NCBI GenBank assembly: GCA_951406725.2
Contig: OX597830.1
Span: 55,242,001 to 55,306,000, forward strand
Source of the DNA: Octopus vulgaris
Taxonomy: Eukaryota
Direction: 5' to 3'
DNA length: 64,000 bases
Shown here: in pieces, positions 1-14,670 of the stretch
Layout of the letters: each line of letters begins with the position of its first letter
How positions within the stretch are numbered: position 1 is the stretch's first letter
Position numbers and translations under genes: made by a program
Notes under the pieces: model-generated
What the model was told of the DNA's origin: nothing
Databases searched by the model: none
Seen by the model: the letters and a program-made list of their open reading frames with translations, nothing else

Positions 1-96
1 CCATCGCCCTTGGGGCAATCATTTATCTCAACAGCAACATACAGTACATCAATTTGATTTGATATGATTTCAGGTCCTGCTCCAACACTCAACAGA

Positions 97-178
97 ATGT
101 CTGGTGTTATTAAATCGTTAATAATGATTATGTTAATGCATCTCAATGTGACACAAGTGAAAGTGGAGTCTTCTAAAG
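97..178 (+). CDS. GH18 chitinase coding exon 1 (signal peptide MSGVIKSLIMIMLMHLNVTQVKVESSK)
   Basis: ATG at 97, hydrophobic N-terminal stretch, donor G|gtaacg at 179. Phase 1 matches the acceptor at 1259 (G+CT=Ala). An upstream tttcag (ending at 73) suggests a further 5' UTR exon outside the window. Confidence 0.7.
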
Positions 179-331
179 GTAACGATATAGTTCTGTATGT
201 CTCCTCTCTCTCTCTCACTCTCTTTCATTCCCTATTTCTCCCTCTTCTTCTCTCTCTCACTCTCTCCCTCTTTCTCTCTCATTCTCTCAATTACATTCTC
301 TCCCTCTTTCTTTCTTTCTCTCCCACTCACT

Positions 332-372
<41 letters not shown>

Positions 373-409
373 TTATAAATATACGTATGTATGTATGCAT
401 GTATGTATA

Positions 410-495
<86 letters not shown>

Positions 496-622
496 ATTAA
501 ATTAGAGATAAAACCACTATTAGGCAAATCATACAATGAAAAACTTAAGCCAATACATAAGATTAATTAATTTATATTATTTAAATATATATCAAAATTA
601 TTAAAAAAGATAATTAATATAA

Positions 623-686
623 CACTACGATCGTTTCATGGCTGTTCAATTCTTAAAATTTTCGAGTTACAGTCATTCTTCAGGTG
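623..686 (-). ncRNA. Minimal type I hammerhead ribozyme motif (Penelope type)
   Basis: Minus strand reads cac CUGAAGA augacugu...acagccau GAAA cgaucg UA gug. Confidence 0.65.
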
Positions 687-810
687 GTTTAAATATAAAT
701 CTGATCTTTCCCTGTAAGTTTGGATATATTCCCTAATATTTTATTTTATATATATATATATATATATTTTGTATGTATATATATATATGTATATACACAC
801 ACACACATAT

Positions 811-883
<73 letters not shown>

Positions 884-1191
884 ATATATATATAATGTAT
901 GTATGTATAGATGTAAGATAAAGGGATAAAACTCCGTATTATATAATAAAACTTCCATTTTTTAAGTACTTAATCTTAAGTGTTCGGGCAAAATTTCTTT
1001 TGAACTTGTCACATATTTGAATATATTTATATTATATCCGCCGAGGTCGAGTTTGCCTTTCATCCTTTCGGGATCGATAAATTAAGTACCAGTTGCGTAC
1101 TGGGGTCGATCTAATCGACTGGCCCCGCTTTCCCCAAAGTATATACATATATATACATATGTATATACATATATCTACATACATACATACA

Positions 1192-1224
<33 letters not shown>

Positions 1225-1258
1225 TATAACATATACTTTTTCTGCTTTTCGTACCTAG

Positions 1259-1438
1259 CTAAATCCTACAAGAGAGTGTGCTATTATACCAACTGGTCTC
1301 AGTATCGTGCCTCCCCTGCGAAGCTACTGCCGAAAGACATTGATCCTTTCCTTTGTACACACCTTGTGTTCGCTTTTGCAAAATTTGATCACAGCGGCCA
1401 TCTTGCACCGACCGGTTGGAATGACAATGCGTATACAA
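1259..1438 (+). CDS. GH18 chitinase exon 2 (KRVCYYTNWSQYR...IDPFLCTHLVFAFA)
   Basis: Canonical animal chitinase N-terminal motifs; tag acceptor; gtaagt donor at 1439; phase 1. Confidence 0.95.
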
Positions 1439-1494
1439 GTAAGTGACTATAGTTAATTAATAAATGTTTATGTTTGGGTTTATATTATAGATTG

Positions 1495-3787
1495 CACTGG
1501 TCGACAAGTATTTTTCATCAAGCACGTACGTAGCGTAGATTTTATGCTGATTTCAAATATACAATTAGTTTTTTGACATCACGTAAAGTATTCAAGATGA
1601 GAAAGTTTTCTGGTTTTAGCCCATGCATTATATAGAATTTCCAATTAATGACGTGGATACCTGTATTTCATTTACATCATGGAAACATACCTTTAAAATA
1701 AACTACATTATCCATAACTGCATAGTTCAGGTGAAATATTTCATCATATTAAATTAGCCAATCAAGTTTTGTCTGATGAAATAGGTATTTCAACATCTCA
1801 AATTGTCCGGTCATAATTGGTCTGATGAAATATTTAATCATCTCAAATTTAATATAAGTTTAACCGTTTGTATCTATTTCCTTACTTGTTTTACAGTGTC
1901 AACAATGCTAAGACAGTGTAAAAATTGTCTTGATGTGTTTTGTTGTCTATGGACAATTTATTGTGAAAGCTCAAAAACGTACAATAACACCAGAGATCAA
2001 GAAAATTTATAGGTTATACTTTGACTGTCCTCTTGGAGATCAGAAAAATTTATGGGCACCATATTTTATCTGCTCGGCTTGTTCAAATGGCTTACGTTAC
2101 TGGTTCAATAATATGAAGACGTCCATGCCCTTTGCCATTTCAATGATATGGAGGGAACCGAACCACTATTTTACTGACTACAGGATTTTCTATGAAAAAT
2201 AAACACAAAATTGTGTATCCCAGTTTAGATTCTGCAATGAGACCTGTGCCTCACAATGGAAGGCTGCCAATTCCAGTTCCACCAGATGATGGTATTGAAA
2301 CATCAGACGATGATGTTGACTGTCACGATACTTTTGCTGAGGAAGATTACGTGGCTGATGACGATAGCTTTGAACCTCAGTAATTTTCCCAAGCTAAACT
2401 GAATTACCTTGGCAGAGACCTATCCCTCTCAAAAGATAAAGCAGAACTGTTAGCTTCAGGACTGAAGAAGAAGTATCTGCTAGAACACGGTGTTCGTATA
2501 ACTTCTTTTCTGCAGAGAAATGTGGTTCTACAAAAGTGTTTTTCTGTTGAAGGCCCGCTTTGCTTTTGCAGTAACATCGATGGACTTTTCGAATATTTAT
2601 CACAAAATCATGATCCTGCAGAGTGGTGTTTGCATATTGACTCTTTAAATCAAAGTTTAAAAGCTGTACTTCCTCCATAATGGTAATTTGAAGCCCTCCA
2701 TTCCTATTGCACACTCCGTTCATTTTCACGAATCATATGAGAATCCGGAACTTTTACTTTATGCCATTGTCTATGAAAGATACTCATGGAAAATATGAGG
2801 AGAGTTAAATGTCATTGGAATGTTAATGGGAATACAGTCAAGGGATAGTTGAGCAACTGACACATTATTCGGATTCAAACTGGTAGACAAGAGCATCATA
2901 CAAGCTAGGACTGTCAAGTGTTAAGAATACACCTCTTGTAGATTCATGTAATGTCCTATTGCCTCCTTAGCACATAAAACTTGGACTGATGAAACAGAAT
3001 GTAAAGACACTGAGAAAGGGAAATGCCAGAGGGTTTGAGTATATTGTAAAAAAGTTTCCCAAAATCACGCAGGCGAAGTTGAAAGAGGGTATCATTGTCG
3101 GACCCCTTCGTCGGTACTCAAAGATGCCAGCTTCAAGATAACACTGGAAGAACTGGAATTGTCTGTCTAGAATGTATTCAATTGGATCTGTGAGAATTTC
3201 TTGGGCAACAAGAGGGCAATGGACAACAAGGATAGCATCAAGAATCTTCTGAAATGTTACTCAGCAATGGGTTGTCGCATGTCACTGAAAGTTTGCTTCT
3301 TGGACTCTCATCTGGACTTCACCGCAGATAACCTTGGAGTTAACCTTGGTGAAAGATTTTACCAGGACATTAGTGCTATGGAAAAACGGTACGAAGGTTT
3401 CTAGATTGACAGCTAACTACGGGTGGACATTTTACCGTGATCAACCAGACCAGGAACACCGCAAGAAATCCAAATCACAATGTTTCTAACTCTGTTGTTC
3501 TAACTTTGTTTTTTCTGACCCGTTTTTTGTGTATTCACTCTTTGTGGAATGAAAGTGATGATTTTCAACTCAGTAAACTCATTTACTTTCTAAAAACAAC
3601 ATGTCCTTATTTATTACATTAATGGTTTCATATATACAAATATGTAAATATTTGCATGTATCTACTGAAAAACTGATACGTGCTGCATACAAATGGAGTG
3701 AAATTTTGAAATCAGCATGAAAAATTAGTCTAAAAAGCTGGTTTGCATTCACAATGAGTATAATAAATTATATTTTGTTGACCAGTG
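1495..3787 (+). mobile_element. Decayed DNA transposon, probably CMC/Chapaev3 type
   Basis: TIRs cactggtcgacaa / ttgttgaccagtg; subterminal IR atgctgatttcaaa; broken transposase with LGDQ..WAP..IC..C, WREP, RPVPH, LKAVLLHNGN and HIKLGLMK motifs. The family name is from recollection. Confidence 0.7.
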
Positions 3788-3813
3788 TTTTATTGATGTT
3801 GTTGTTATTGACG

Positions 3814-3917
<104 letters not shown>

Positions 3918-4114
3918 GGTGGTGGTGGTGGTGGTGATTTAGAGGTAAAGTCTATTCCAGCTATTCGTTGATTAAAGTGGTTCTAATTGTGATCGTTTCA
4001 TAAGTATTTTTTCAAATATAGAATATTCAAGAATGTAACCAATATGCTCGTCTGTCTGTAATCAATAGGGTGTTACTTGAGTGCGAGTTGGATGTTATTT
4101 CTAGAAGGAGAAGC

Positions 4115-4200
<86 letters not shown>

Positions 4201-4441
4201 CAGATATATAGATAGATAGATTGATAGATAGATAGATACCATAATATGCTGCTGAAGAATATATTTCAGCTAACTCTGTGTGAGTAAATTAAACTTAATA
4301 AAATGCATTAGACGGTCGTAAACGATTCTCCTTTTGATAGAATCACACCTTGAACAGAAGGCGAAGATTTAGCTGGAGAATATTCACTCTTTATTGCGAT
4401 TTTATTACCAACTGACAACACATCTCTATTTGTTTACGGTG

Positions 4442-4550
<109 letters not shown>

Positions 4551-4552
4551 AT

Positions 4553-4620
<68 letters not shown>

Positions 4621-5914
4621 CAAAATGGGACAAGAACGTAAAATATCCGGAGAACTAAATGATACAAAAAGGGACAACAAAACATCCAGATAGACGATAC
4701 AAAGAAACACGGACGGGTCATTCGAAGCTTTCTATCCTCAGTCAAGAACCGGATCATCCTCGCAATTTCGGCTGATTAATCTTGAGATTGCTCCAATTTC
4801 AATATAAAATATATATATATTTTATATCAACTATTATTAAGAACTTTATTAAATCGAATACACTGATTCTTTGGCTCCGTGTAATATAGTATTTTTGAAC
4901 CAACACTGTCTGTATAAATGTAACGTAATTAAATACACTGGGCAGCCGTTAGATACATACGAAGACAAATAACAAAATGACAAAAGGGCAAAAGTAGGCT
5001 ATAGACATTCCCTTCTGTACGTATCTCACTTCATACTTGAAGATTCTGGATCGTACCTCTTTCTTAATATTTATTTCTTTATTGCCCACAGGGGGCTAAA
5101 CATAGAGGGGACAAACAAGGACAGACAAACGGATTAATTCGATTACATCGACCCCAGTGCGTAACTGGTACTTAATTTATCGACCCCGAAAGGATGAAAG
5201 GCAAAGTCGACTTCGACGGAATTTGAACTTAGAACGTAACGGCAGGCGAAATACGGCTACGCATTTCGCCCGGCGTGCTAACGATTCTACCAGCTCGCCG
5301 TGCTAACCTGACGCTGACTGGTCGTCCTATCTGTTTAAAACTGATTTTTGCCGGTTGAGTGAAGTGAACTGGAGTAACATGAAATAAAGTGTCGTGCAGA
5401 AAGACACCATGCACCTCCCAGATTAACGGCATGACTTAGAACCCAGTTATCTGATTATCAGGCGACACAGCTTCCCGATAAAAATCGACAAAAGGGCGAT
5501 AAGGATACGTATACGTATATGGAGACATAGACAGCCTGGTAGGTAGAAAAACAGACAGACAGTACTTTATATATTATGTCTTGTAATCATATTTATTGTA
5601 GTAAGATATAAACAGTAAAAGAGCGTGCACAGTTCCAAGTGAACGAAAACTTAATAGAACTACAATTAATTTGGCCTGGCGAACCTTTCATTATCTCACC
5701 AAAACGTTCTCTAAAGATCACAGCACCAGAACTATATACACTGTAATACTCTGTATTACGTAGCACACATGCTACGCACTGCTTCATAAGCTATATTGGA
5801 CAGTGGATGTATTTCACAACGCACATTGTATGGACTATATTCCGAAACACATGTTCAATGCGATATGTTCCTTAGCACACGTTTAGTCGCATTGTAAAAA
5901 TGCTGCTATGCTAT

Positions 5915-6545
5915 TGGCAGAATCGTTAGCACGCCGGGCGAAACGCTTAACGGTATTTCGTCTGCCGTTACGTTCTGCGTTCAAATTCCGCCGAGGTTGA
6001 CTTTGCCTTTCATCCTTTCGGGGTCGATTAAATAAGTACCAGTTATGCACTGGGGTCGATATAATCGACTTAATCCGTTTGTCTGTCCTTGTTTGTCCTC
6101 TCTGTGTTTAGCCCCTTGTGGGTAGTAAAGAAATAAGTATTTCGTCTGCCGTTACGTTCTGAGTTCAAATTCCACCGAGGTCGACTTTGCCTTTCATCCT
6201 TTCAGGGTCAATTAAATAAGTACCAGTTACGCATTGGGGTCGATATAATCGACTTAATCCGTTTGTCTGTCCTTGTTTGTCCCCTCTGTGTGTAGCCCCT
6301 TGTGGGCAGTAAAGAAATAAGAGTCGTTAGCACGCCGGGTGAAATGCTTAGCGGTATTTCGTCTGCCGTTACGTTCTGAGTTCAAATTCTGCTGAGGTCG
6401 ACTTAGCCTTTCATCCTTTCGGGCTCGATTAAATAAGTACCAGTTAATCACTGGGGTCGATGTAATTGACTTAATCCCCTTATCTGTCTGTCGGTCCTTG
6501 TTTGTCCCGTCTATGTTTAGCCCCCTGTAGGCAATAAAGAAATAA
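5915..6545 (+). mobile_element. Three tandem copies of the most abundant SINE-like family (core gtcgactttgcctttcatcctttcggggtcgat)
   Basis: Units 5915-6136, 6137-6320 and 6321-6545. More than 12 further copies, e.g. 5070-5297(-), 23395-23606(-), 26955-27380, 34263-34478, 42850-43045, 47826-48058(-), 48663-48876, 50137-50369. Confidence 0.85.
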
Positions 6546-6779
6546 AATAATGCCTGTGATAATCATAAATGATGAAGAATTTAATATTTTATATATTTCA
6601 TGTATAGGTGAATAAGCGCAGTCGTGGCTGTGTGGTAAGGAGTTTGCTTCTTAATCCCATAGTACCAGGCTCTGTCGCTAGTATCTTTGGGCAAGTATCT
6701 TCTACAATAGCCTCGGGTCGAACAAAGTCTTGCCAGGCAATTTGGTGGACGGGGACTGAAAGAAGCCTATCGTATACAT

Positions 6780-6842
<63 letters not shown>

Positions 6843-7402
6843 CGTGCGGGTGTGTGTGTGTTGCTACCACCCCTTGACAACCGGTATTGGTCTGTTTACG
6901 TCCCCTTAACATAGCGGTTCGCCAAAAGAACTGATAGATTATGTACCAGGCTTTGATCAATATAAGAAATTACTATTTTAAATGGAATGTTCGACGACAG
7001 AATCACAAGAGCATCTGATTAAATTCCTTGCATCCTTTTACGTTTTGAGTTCGAATCCCACCAGGGATGATATAATCAACTACTCTTCGTTATTCTTGTG
7101 AGAACCTATGACGTTGTGTCTGTATTAGAAATGCGTGTTTCAAGGAGACTTCCTATTCTTGATGTTATTTACAATGAAAATGATTCATAGTGAATGTATT
7201 TAGAGTGAAGGTGGAGGAGAACATCTAATTAGGACAGACAGTAACTATATGCCGAGATCCTACTAATTATGAAACCGATCTGATAATTTTGGAACAAATC
7301 TATCACAACTGAAACCATTCGCCCAGTTAGTGTTGAAACGGAAACCTAGTCATAATCTTAGACATCGCTTCACAGTGTAAAAGTTTACCTATATAATCTA
7401 AA

Positions 7403-7725
7403 CTAGCACTATGACCCGGCGTTGCCGGGTCATAGTGCTAGTGCATGCATATACATCTGCGTGCGTGCGCACATACACGCAAGTACTGTCCAAATCTCCG
7501 AACAATCGCTTACAGCTAGCTGGCATTCAATTGGCGTATCAAGTTTCGGGCATTTTGATTGGGTTTTGGATAGAAAATTCACAAAAAGGTCACTTCTATT
7601 GATTTTTTAATGGCTTTGCGGGGTGACTAGGGAAATGTAAAGATGTGCACGACCACCCTTGGACGGTTTTGAATGAAAACTGAAAGTGCGATCCCTCTAA
7701 CTGGAAAATTGTGGATTTGTATAAA

Positions 7726-7769
<44 letters not shown>

Positions 7770-7792
7770 TTTGCCGTTTATATATAGAGAGA
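7403..7792 (-). mobile_element. Non-autonomous Helitron
   Basis: Minus strand starts A|TCTCTCTATATATAAA, has an internal (TG)n, and ends with a hairpin plus CTAG|T. Confidence 0.75.
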
Positions 7793-7848
7793 TTACATAC
7801 ATCAAATCAACAAGCTTTACCTCGTTTTTTTTCTCCTCTCTTTACCAG

Positions 7849-8105
7849 ATCTATACAAACAGTTCAATAAACTGAAGAATAAAAACCCAGAACTGAAGAC
7901 ATTGCTAGCCATAGGTGGCTGGTCTATGGGCTCGTCCCCATTTACAGCGATGGTGAAGACTCAAGCAACCAGACAAAACTTCATAAACCATGCTGCTGGT
8001 TTCCTTCGAAAACACAACTTTGATGGTCTTGATCTTGACTGGGAATACCCGGCTACTCGAGGTAGCCCTCCCGAAGACAAACATAGATTCTCCAAATTAG
8101 TAAAG
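7849..8105 (+). CDS. GH18 chitinase exon 3 with catalytic [11 protein letters not shown] motif
   Basis: Reads KTLLAIGGW...[11 protein letters not shown] with DxDxE at 8031-8045; cag acceptor; gtaagt donor at 8106; phases consistent. Confidence 0.97.
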
Positions 8106-8318
8106 GTAAGTTTTCTTTTCTCTTATTCATTTATATTTCACCGTATACCTGCATTTATATGACATAGCTATATAGTTAAGAAAACCGCTTCGGAACCACG
8201 TAGTTTTAGGTTCAGTCTTACAGCGCGGCATCTAGGGCATGTGTCTCCTATAAGAATCCCAGGCCAACCAATACTTTCTGCAGGAATTTGGCTAATGGAA
8301 ACTGCGTGAAGGTCCATC

Positions 8319-8362
<44 letters not shown>

Positions 8363-8365
<3 letters not shown>

Positions 8366-8620
8366 GTGAAGTATATTTGCCACTTAAATTTGGCTAAGCC
8401 CTAAGGGTGGATGCTACTGTAGCTTGTAGCCCCAGGAGGACACCTCCTCCAGCTGGCTATCGACACACTATCTGTGCCCTATCAGTATTTGCAAAGGGAA
8501 ACCATCCTTCCCGTCTTCGACCTATGATACACACGGACTCGAGTTTCTGGATATTGACCCGTCATCAGCGTGTGACTATCACTGGCTGTCGATGAAAAGT
8601 AGGCCTCCCTTTGCAAATAT
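8363..8620 (-). mobile_element. Penelope-like noncoding element carrying a hammerhead
   Basis: Adjacent to (TA)n; first ~105 bp also found at 43096-43200; internal inversion atttgcaaaggga/tccctttgcaaat. Confidence 0.55.
8530..8574 (-). ncRNA. Minimal type I hammerhead ribozyme motif (Penelope type)
   Basis: Minus strand reads cacacg CUGAUGA cgggucaauaucca GAAA cucgag UC cgugug. Confidence 0.75.
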
Positions 8621-9219
8621 ATATCCTTGCGTGTGTGTGTGTGCTTGTGTTTGTCCTCACCACGGCTTTATGAACATTGTGGGTTTATTCACGTTCATGT
8701 AAGTAACAAGATTGAAGTGTTAAATTACTTTCATGAGATATGAAGCATTTGAATGCTTAGGATAGGGGAACTTCATCAGAGAGCGAAAATTGAGTGAGAA
8801 AGAGAGAGATTAGTGTTTTCTTAACAGCTGTGCGGAAATAAGTGATGAAAAATTTCAATGTGTGTGAAATGCGGAGCAAACTGAGTGAGAGTTATATCAA
8901 GAGGGTCAAAGAAAGGTCTGAGTTGTCAGGTGAACAAGGGGAGGAATATCTAAGAACAGGTGAGAGGATGCAAAGAAAGGTACAAGGTATAAAGTCTGTC
9001 AAAAAAATAAGACTTGGGATTCACTCAAAAGAGAGAACACAGCGTAGTGTGGTTGATAGAAAAAGCTGGATAGAAAGAGCAAGTGTACTTAGATGAGCTA
9101 CAAAATGATATAGATCCGTGTGTCTGGAAATGTGTGTTCGTTCCCATATCTCAGTGTATCGACCGGATTGCAATAGCAATTCCTATCGATTCTGCATGAT
9201 CGATATTCGCTGTATGCTG

Positions 9220-11200
<1,981 letters not shown>

Positions 11201-11503
11201 TATTGATTGATCTCTCTTTCCCTCCGTCTCTGTATTTTCGTTTTCGTTCTTCTAGTCTCCCTCTTTTTTCCGTTTTTTCTTTCCCCCACCCCATATTTCC
11301 CCCTCTCTCATCTCCTCCCCACCCTTGTTTCCCTCGCCACCCCCCGTCTCTCTTTCTATCATTTATATTCCAATCAGTTCTCCTTTGTTACAATCACGTC
11401 TTCTGAAATTCATATATTTTATTGAAGTCTTCACTTGTTCAAATCTTTTGTGTTGTTAACGACGATGATAATGATGAGGATAATGATGAGGATGACAATG
11501 ATC

Positions 11504-11548
<45 letters not shown>

Positions 11549-11964
11549 GTAATCATAACGATGATGATGATAATGATAATGATGATGATGATAAAGAGAC
11601 GAAGAAAATCCTGGCCATTATATCATTTTCAATGAAAGAATTAACAATGTATATATTGATTGAATTATTAATGATTTCTATGAGAAATTCATCTCGGATT
11701 AATCTACATTGAGTTTCGGTTAAATAAGTTAAAGTCTTGGTTAAATGGTTCAGTGAGAATCTTGTAGTAGGAAACAGCATTAAATATGGCGGTAATTAAA
11801 TCGTGTTGAACACACTAACGAAAATGCTGCCGTTCAACATTAACAACTGTAGGCAACACAGTTAAGATGAATTATATGATCAAATAAAGGAACCTCTCCA
11901 TAGTGGCTCGCTCTCTTAAAAATAGCAAATATCGATGTAACGGATGGGATAAAGATAATTCTAT

Positions 11965-12615
11965 TGAGTATACGCGTTACACTTCACCTTCTGTGTCGTT
12001 CACTGGCTCCTGAACTTCTTAGTCCTTGGAGAATTCGTTTGTTGCTAGTGCATGGACCAAGCCGTCGTTCCCGGGTCATAAAGAGACGCCCCTGCTTTTT
12101 CATCAGATCGGAAAAGAAACGTTCCTTCATTGGCTTCAAAAGCTTCTAGCAGATCAAAGTTACATTCTTCTCTCGCTTAAACTGGACGTCAATAGCTAAG
12201 ATACTCAACATAGACACACTTTCCAATACTCAGATTCTTATCTTCTGTTTTGCATTGTGACCACAGTCCATCTGTGCAACAAAGTCACGGAATGCAATTT
12301 GTCTGTCCGTGCGAATCAATTCGTTAATTCGCTGTGTTTCAGGTTGGTTGCAGATGATGGTTTCCGCAGCATGGTTTTCGCTCCAATGCTGGTTTACCCG
12401 TCTATGAATTTCTTCACTTATCTTTGTACATTGCTCTCATAGGTGGTGTCATCTCCGTACACATCTTATAGCCTTCTATTAATATTAGATAACCTCCACC
12501 TCTCATTCTCCAAGAACTTAATTACGGCACATTGCTTCTCCTTGGAACTCATTTTTATCTGTCGAGAAGAACTGGATAGAGTTATTGTAGAGGAAGAGTT
12601 ACTTTACCGACTTGT
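11965..12615 (-). mobile_element. Decayed mariner transposase N-terminal half
   Basis: Minus-strand remnants such as LIRTDRQI, YDPGT..WSM and SPRTKKFRSQ; many stops. Confidence 0.55.
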
Positions 12616-12650
12616 ACCATATAATAATGATCGTAGTGTTTTTATATATT

Positions 12651-12719
<69 letters not shown>

Positions 12720-13473
12720 GTATGCATGTATGTATGCATGTATGTATGTATGTATGTATGTATGTATGTATGTATGTATGTATGTATGTATGTATATGAA
12801 TGTTTTGTGTAATGAGATTAAAAAAACCAAGGCTGTATAGATATTAGAACATTTATAGATAGAAGGTCTTACAGCTGTTTCTAGGATATTAATTAATAAT
12901 AATATCCCTTCGCCGGAGACGGTATGAGAGGAAAAGCTAAGTCATAGTTAGTTTCGATGTGATATAAATAGAGAGTGAGGTGGAGGAAAGAAAATATATA
13001 TATATATATATATATATATGTCCAAAATCACACAGTGGGAGGAGTAGCATAAAGAGTAGTATAAGTGAAGGGAGAGGAGAGAAAATAGTAATTCAGTGAA
13101 AGAGAAGTAGAGAGAGTAATAGCCATGACTGAGAGAAAGTAATAGCAATGAGAGAGAGGAAGTGGCAAAGAGGGCGTCCTTATATATACTTGCAGAGGCT
13201 TCCCTATAAAATAGGGTTAGTGGATACTCAGACGAATCATTTTACAGGTGATATGTTTTGTTTACATTTTACGAAGATCATTTTCTCTAATATATCGGTT
13301 CCAATGTGTATGTGTGTGTATTTACAGTATATAGCGTTTGTTATCAGTTCACTGATACTTTTAGTCATACGTACTATCATAACTTATTTACGGTATATAG
13401 TATGTGTTATCCATTCCCTGATACTCTTTCTTCTGCTGTGGAGAATGAAGCAGACAGAAGGTGACTGCTAGCC

Positions 13474-13504
<31 letters not shown>

Positions 13505-13539
13505 CACACACACACACACACAGACAGACAAAGGCGAAG

Positions 13540-14670
13540 AGAAGCCAGTCTCACTCAGGAAGAACTGGATGCAAAAAGATTGAAAAACCACAAGAAATGA
13601 GACAAGAGAGAAGAGCACAAGATGCAAGACGACAGGTTCGAAGACGCCAAAATGAAAAAGAGAACCTCATTGCACAAAGGAGAGATATCCAAAGACAGAG
13701 AGCAGCACAGAAGCGGTAAGATGAAATAGAACAGCAAGCAGCAGAGAGGAGAGAAGATCTAAGAATGTGAGCATCGCAAAGGCGACAAGACGAAACGGAA
13801 GAGCAAGTAGCACAAAGGAGAGAAATCGATAGAGAGAGAAGATTGCAACGGCGCCAAGGTAAAACGGAAGAGCAAGCAGCTGAGAGGAGAAATGGTCTGA
13901 GAGAGAGAGGGAGAGAGAGAGATAGACTAAGACTAGAGAATGAAACTGAAGAAGAAACTGAAGAGAGAATTTACTTCCAGGCTAAACTTAGCCAGATAGA
14001 CGGGACTTAGCTGCACGATCTCTTGAATGACATCACTAAGAAACATATGTTTGGAAGAGTCACTGCTTACTGCTACACCCTTGAATTTCAAAAGAGGGGC
14101 TTACCACATGCCTACCTGTTGATCATTTTGCACTTTGATGATAAATTGGAGGATCCTGAAAGAATTAATCAAATTGTCCGCGCTGCGATCCCGGAACCCC
14201 GTCACTGAACTTTTACTACATGAAACAGTGAAAAGGTGCATGATCCATGGGCTTTGTGGTGATCTCGACCCTGTGGCACCCTGCATGGAAAATAACGAGT
14301 GTCTTAAAGGATTTCCAAAGGAGTATCAACGAAAGACATGTATAAACCCAAATGGTTACGCGTTGTAGAGGCGACGTCGAGGGCCATTACATTAGTTCGA
14401 GTTAGCAACCATGCAATAGACAACCGATATTTAGTGCCCTACAATAAATATCTGTGCCGTAAGTTCAATGCTCATATTTGTGTTGAGATTTGCCTCTTCG
14501 TCTCCCCTGGGAAATATATTTACAAGTATATCTACAAGGGGTATGACACCATCAATGTTGACATCAATAAAACAACTTCAAACTATGAGATTGTTTAGGA
14601 TGAAGTACGCAACCATTTAGATGCTAGGTATGTGAGTGCTCCTGAAAGTATGTTGCGCCTGCTTGAGGAT
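13540..14670 (+). mobile_element. Helitron RepHel fragment (pseudogenised Rep domain)
   Basis: EFQKRGLPHA, MIHG.CG...APCM, C.K.FPK, VPYN and KYIYKYIYKG motifs with stops and frameshifts; preceded by an E/R-rich repeat; truncated by a SINE. Confidence 0.88.

Noticed and set aside
4715-4790. CUGAGGA-ua-GAAA on the minus strand
   Set aside because: No stem II and no valid stem I or III register.
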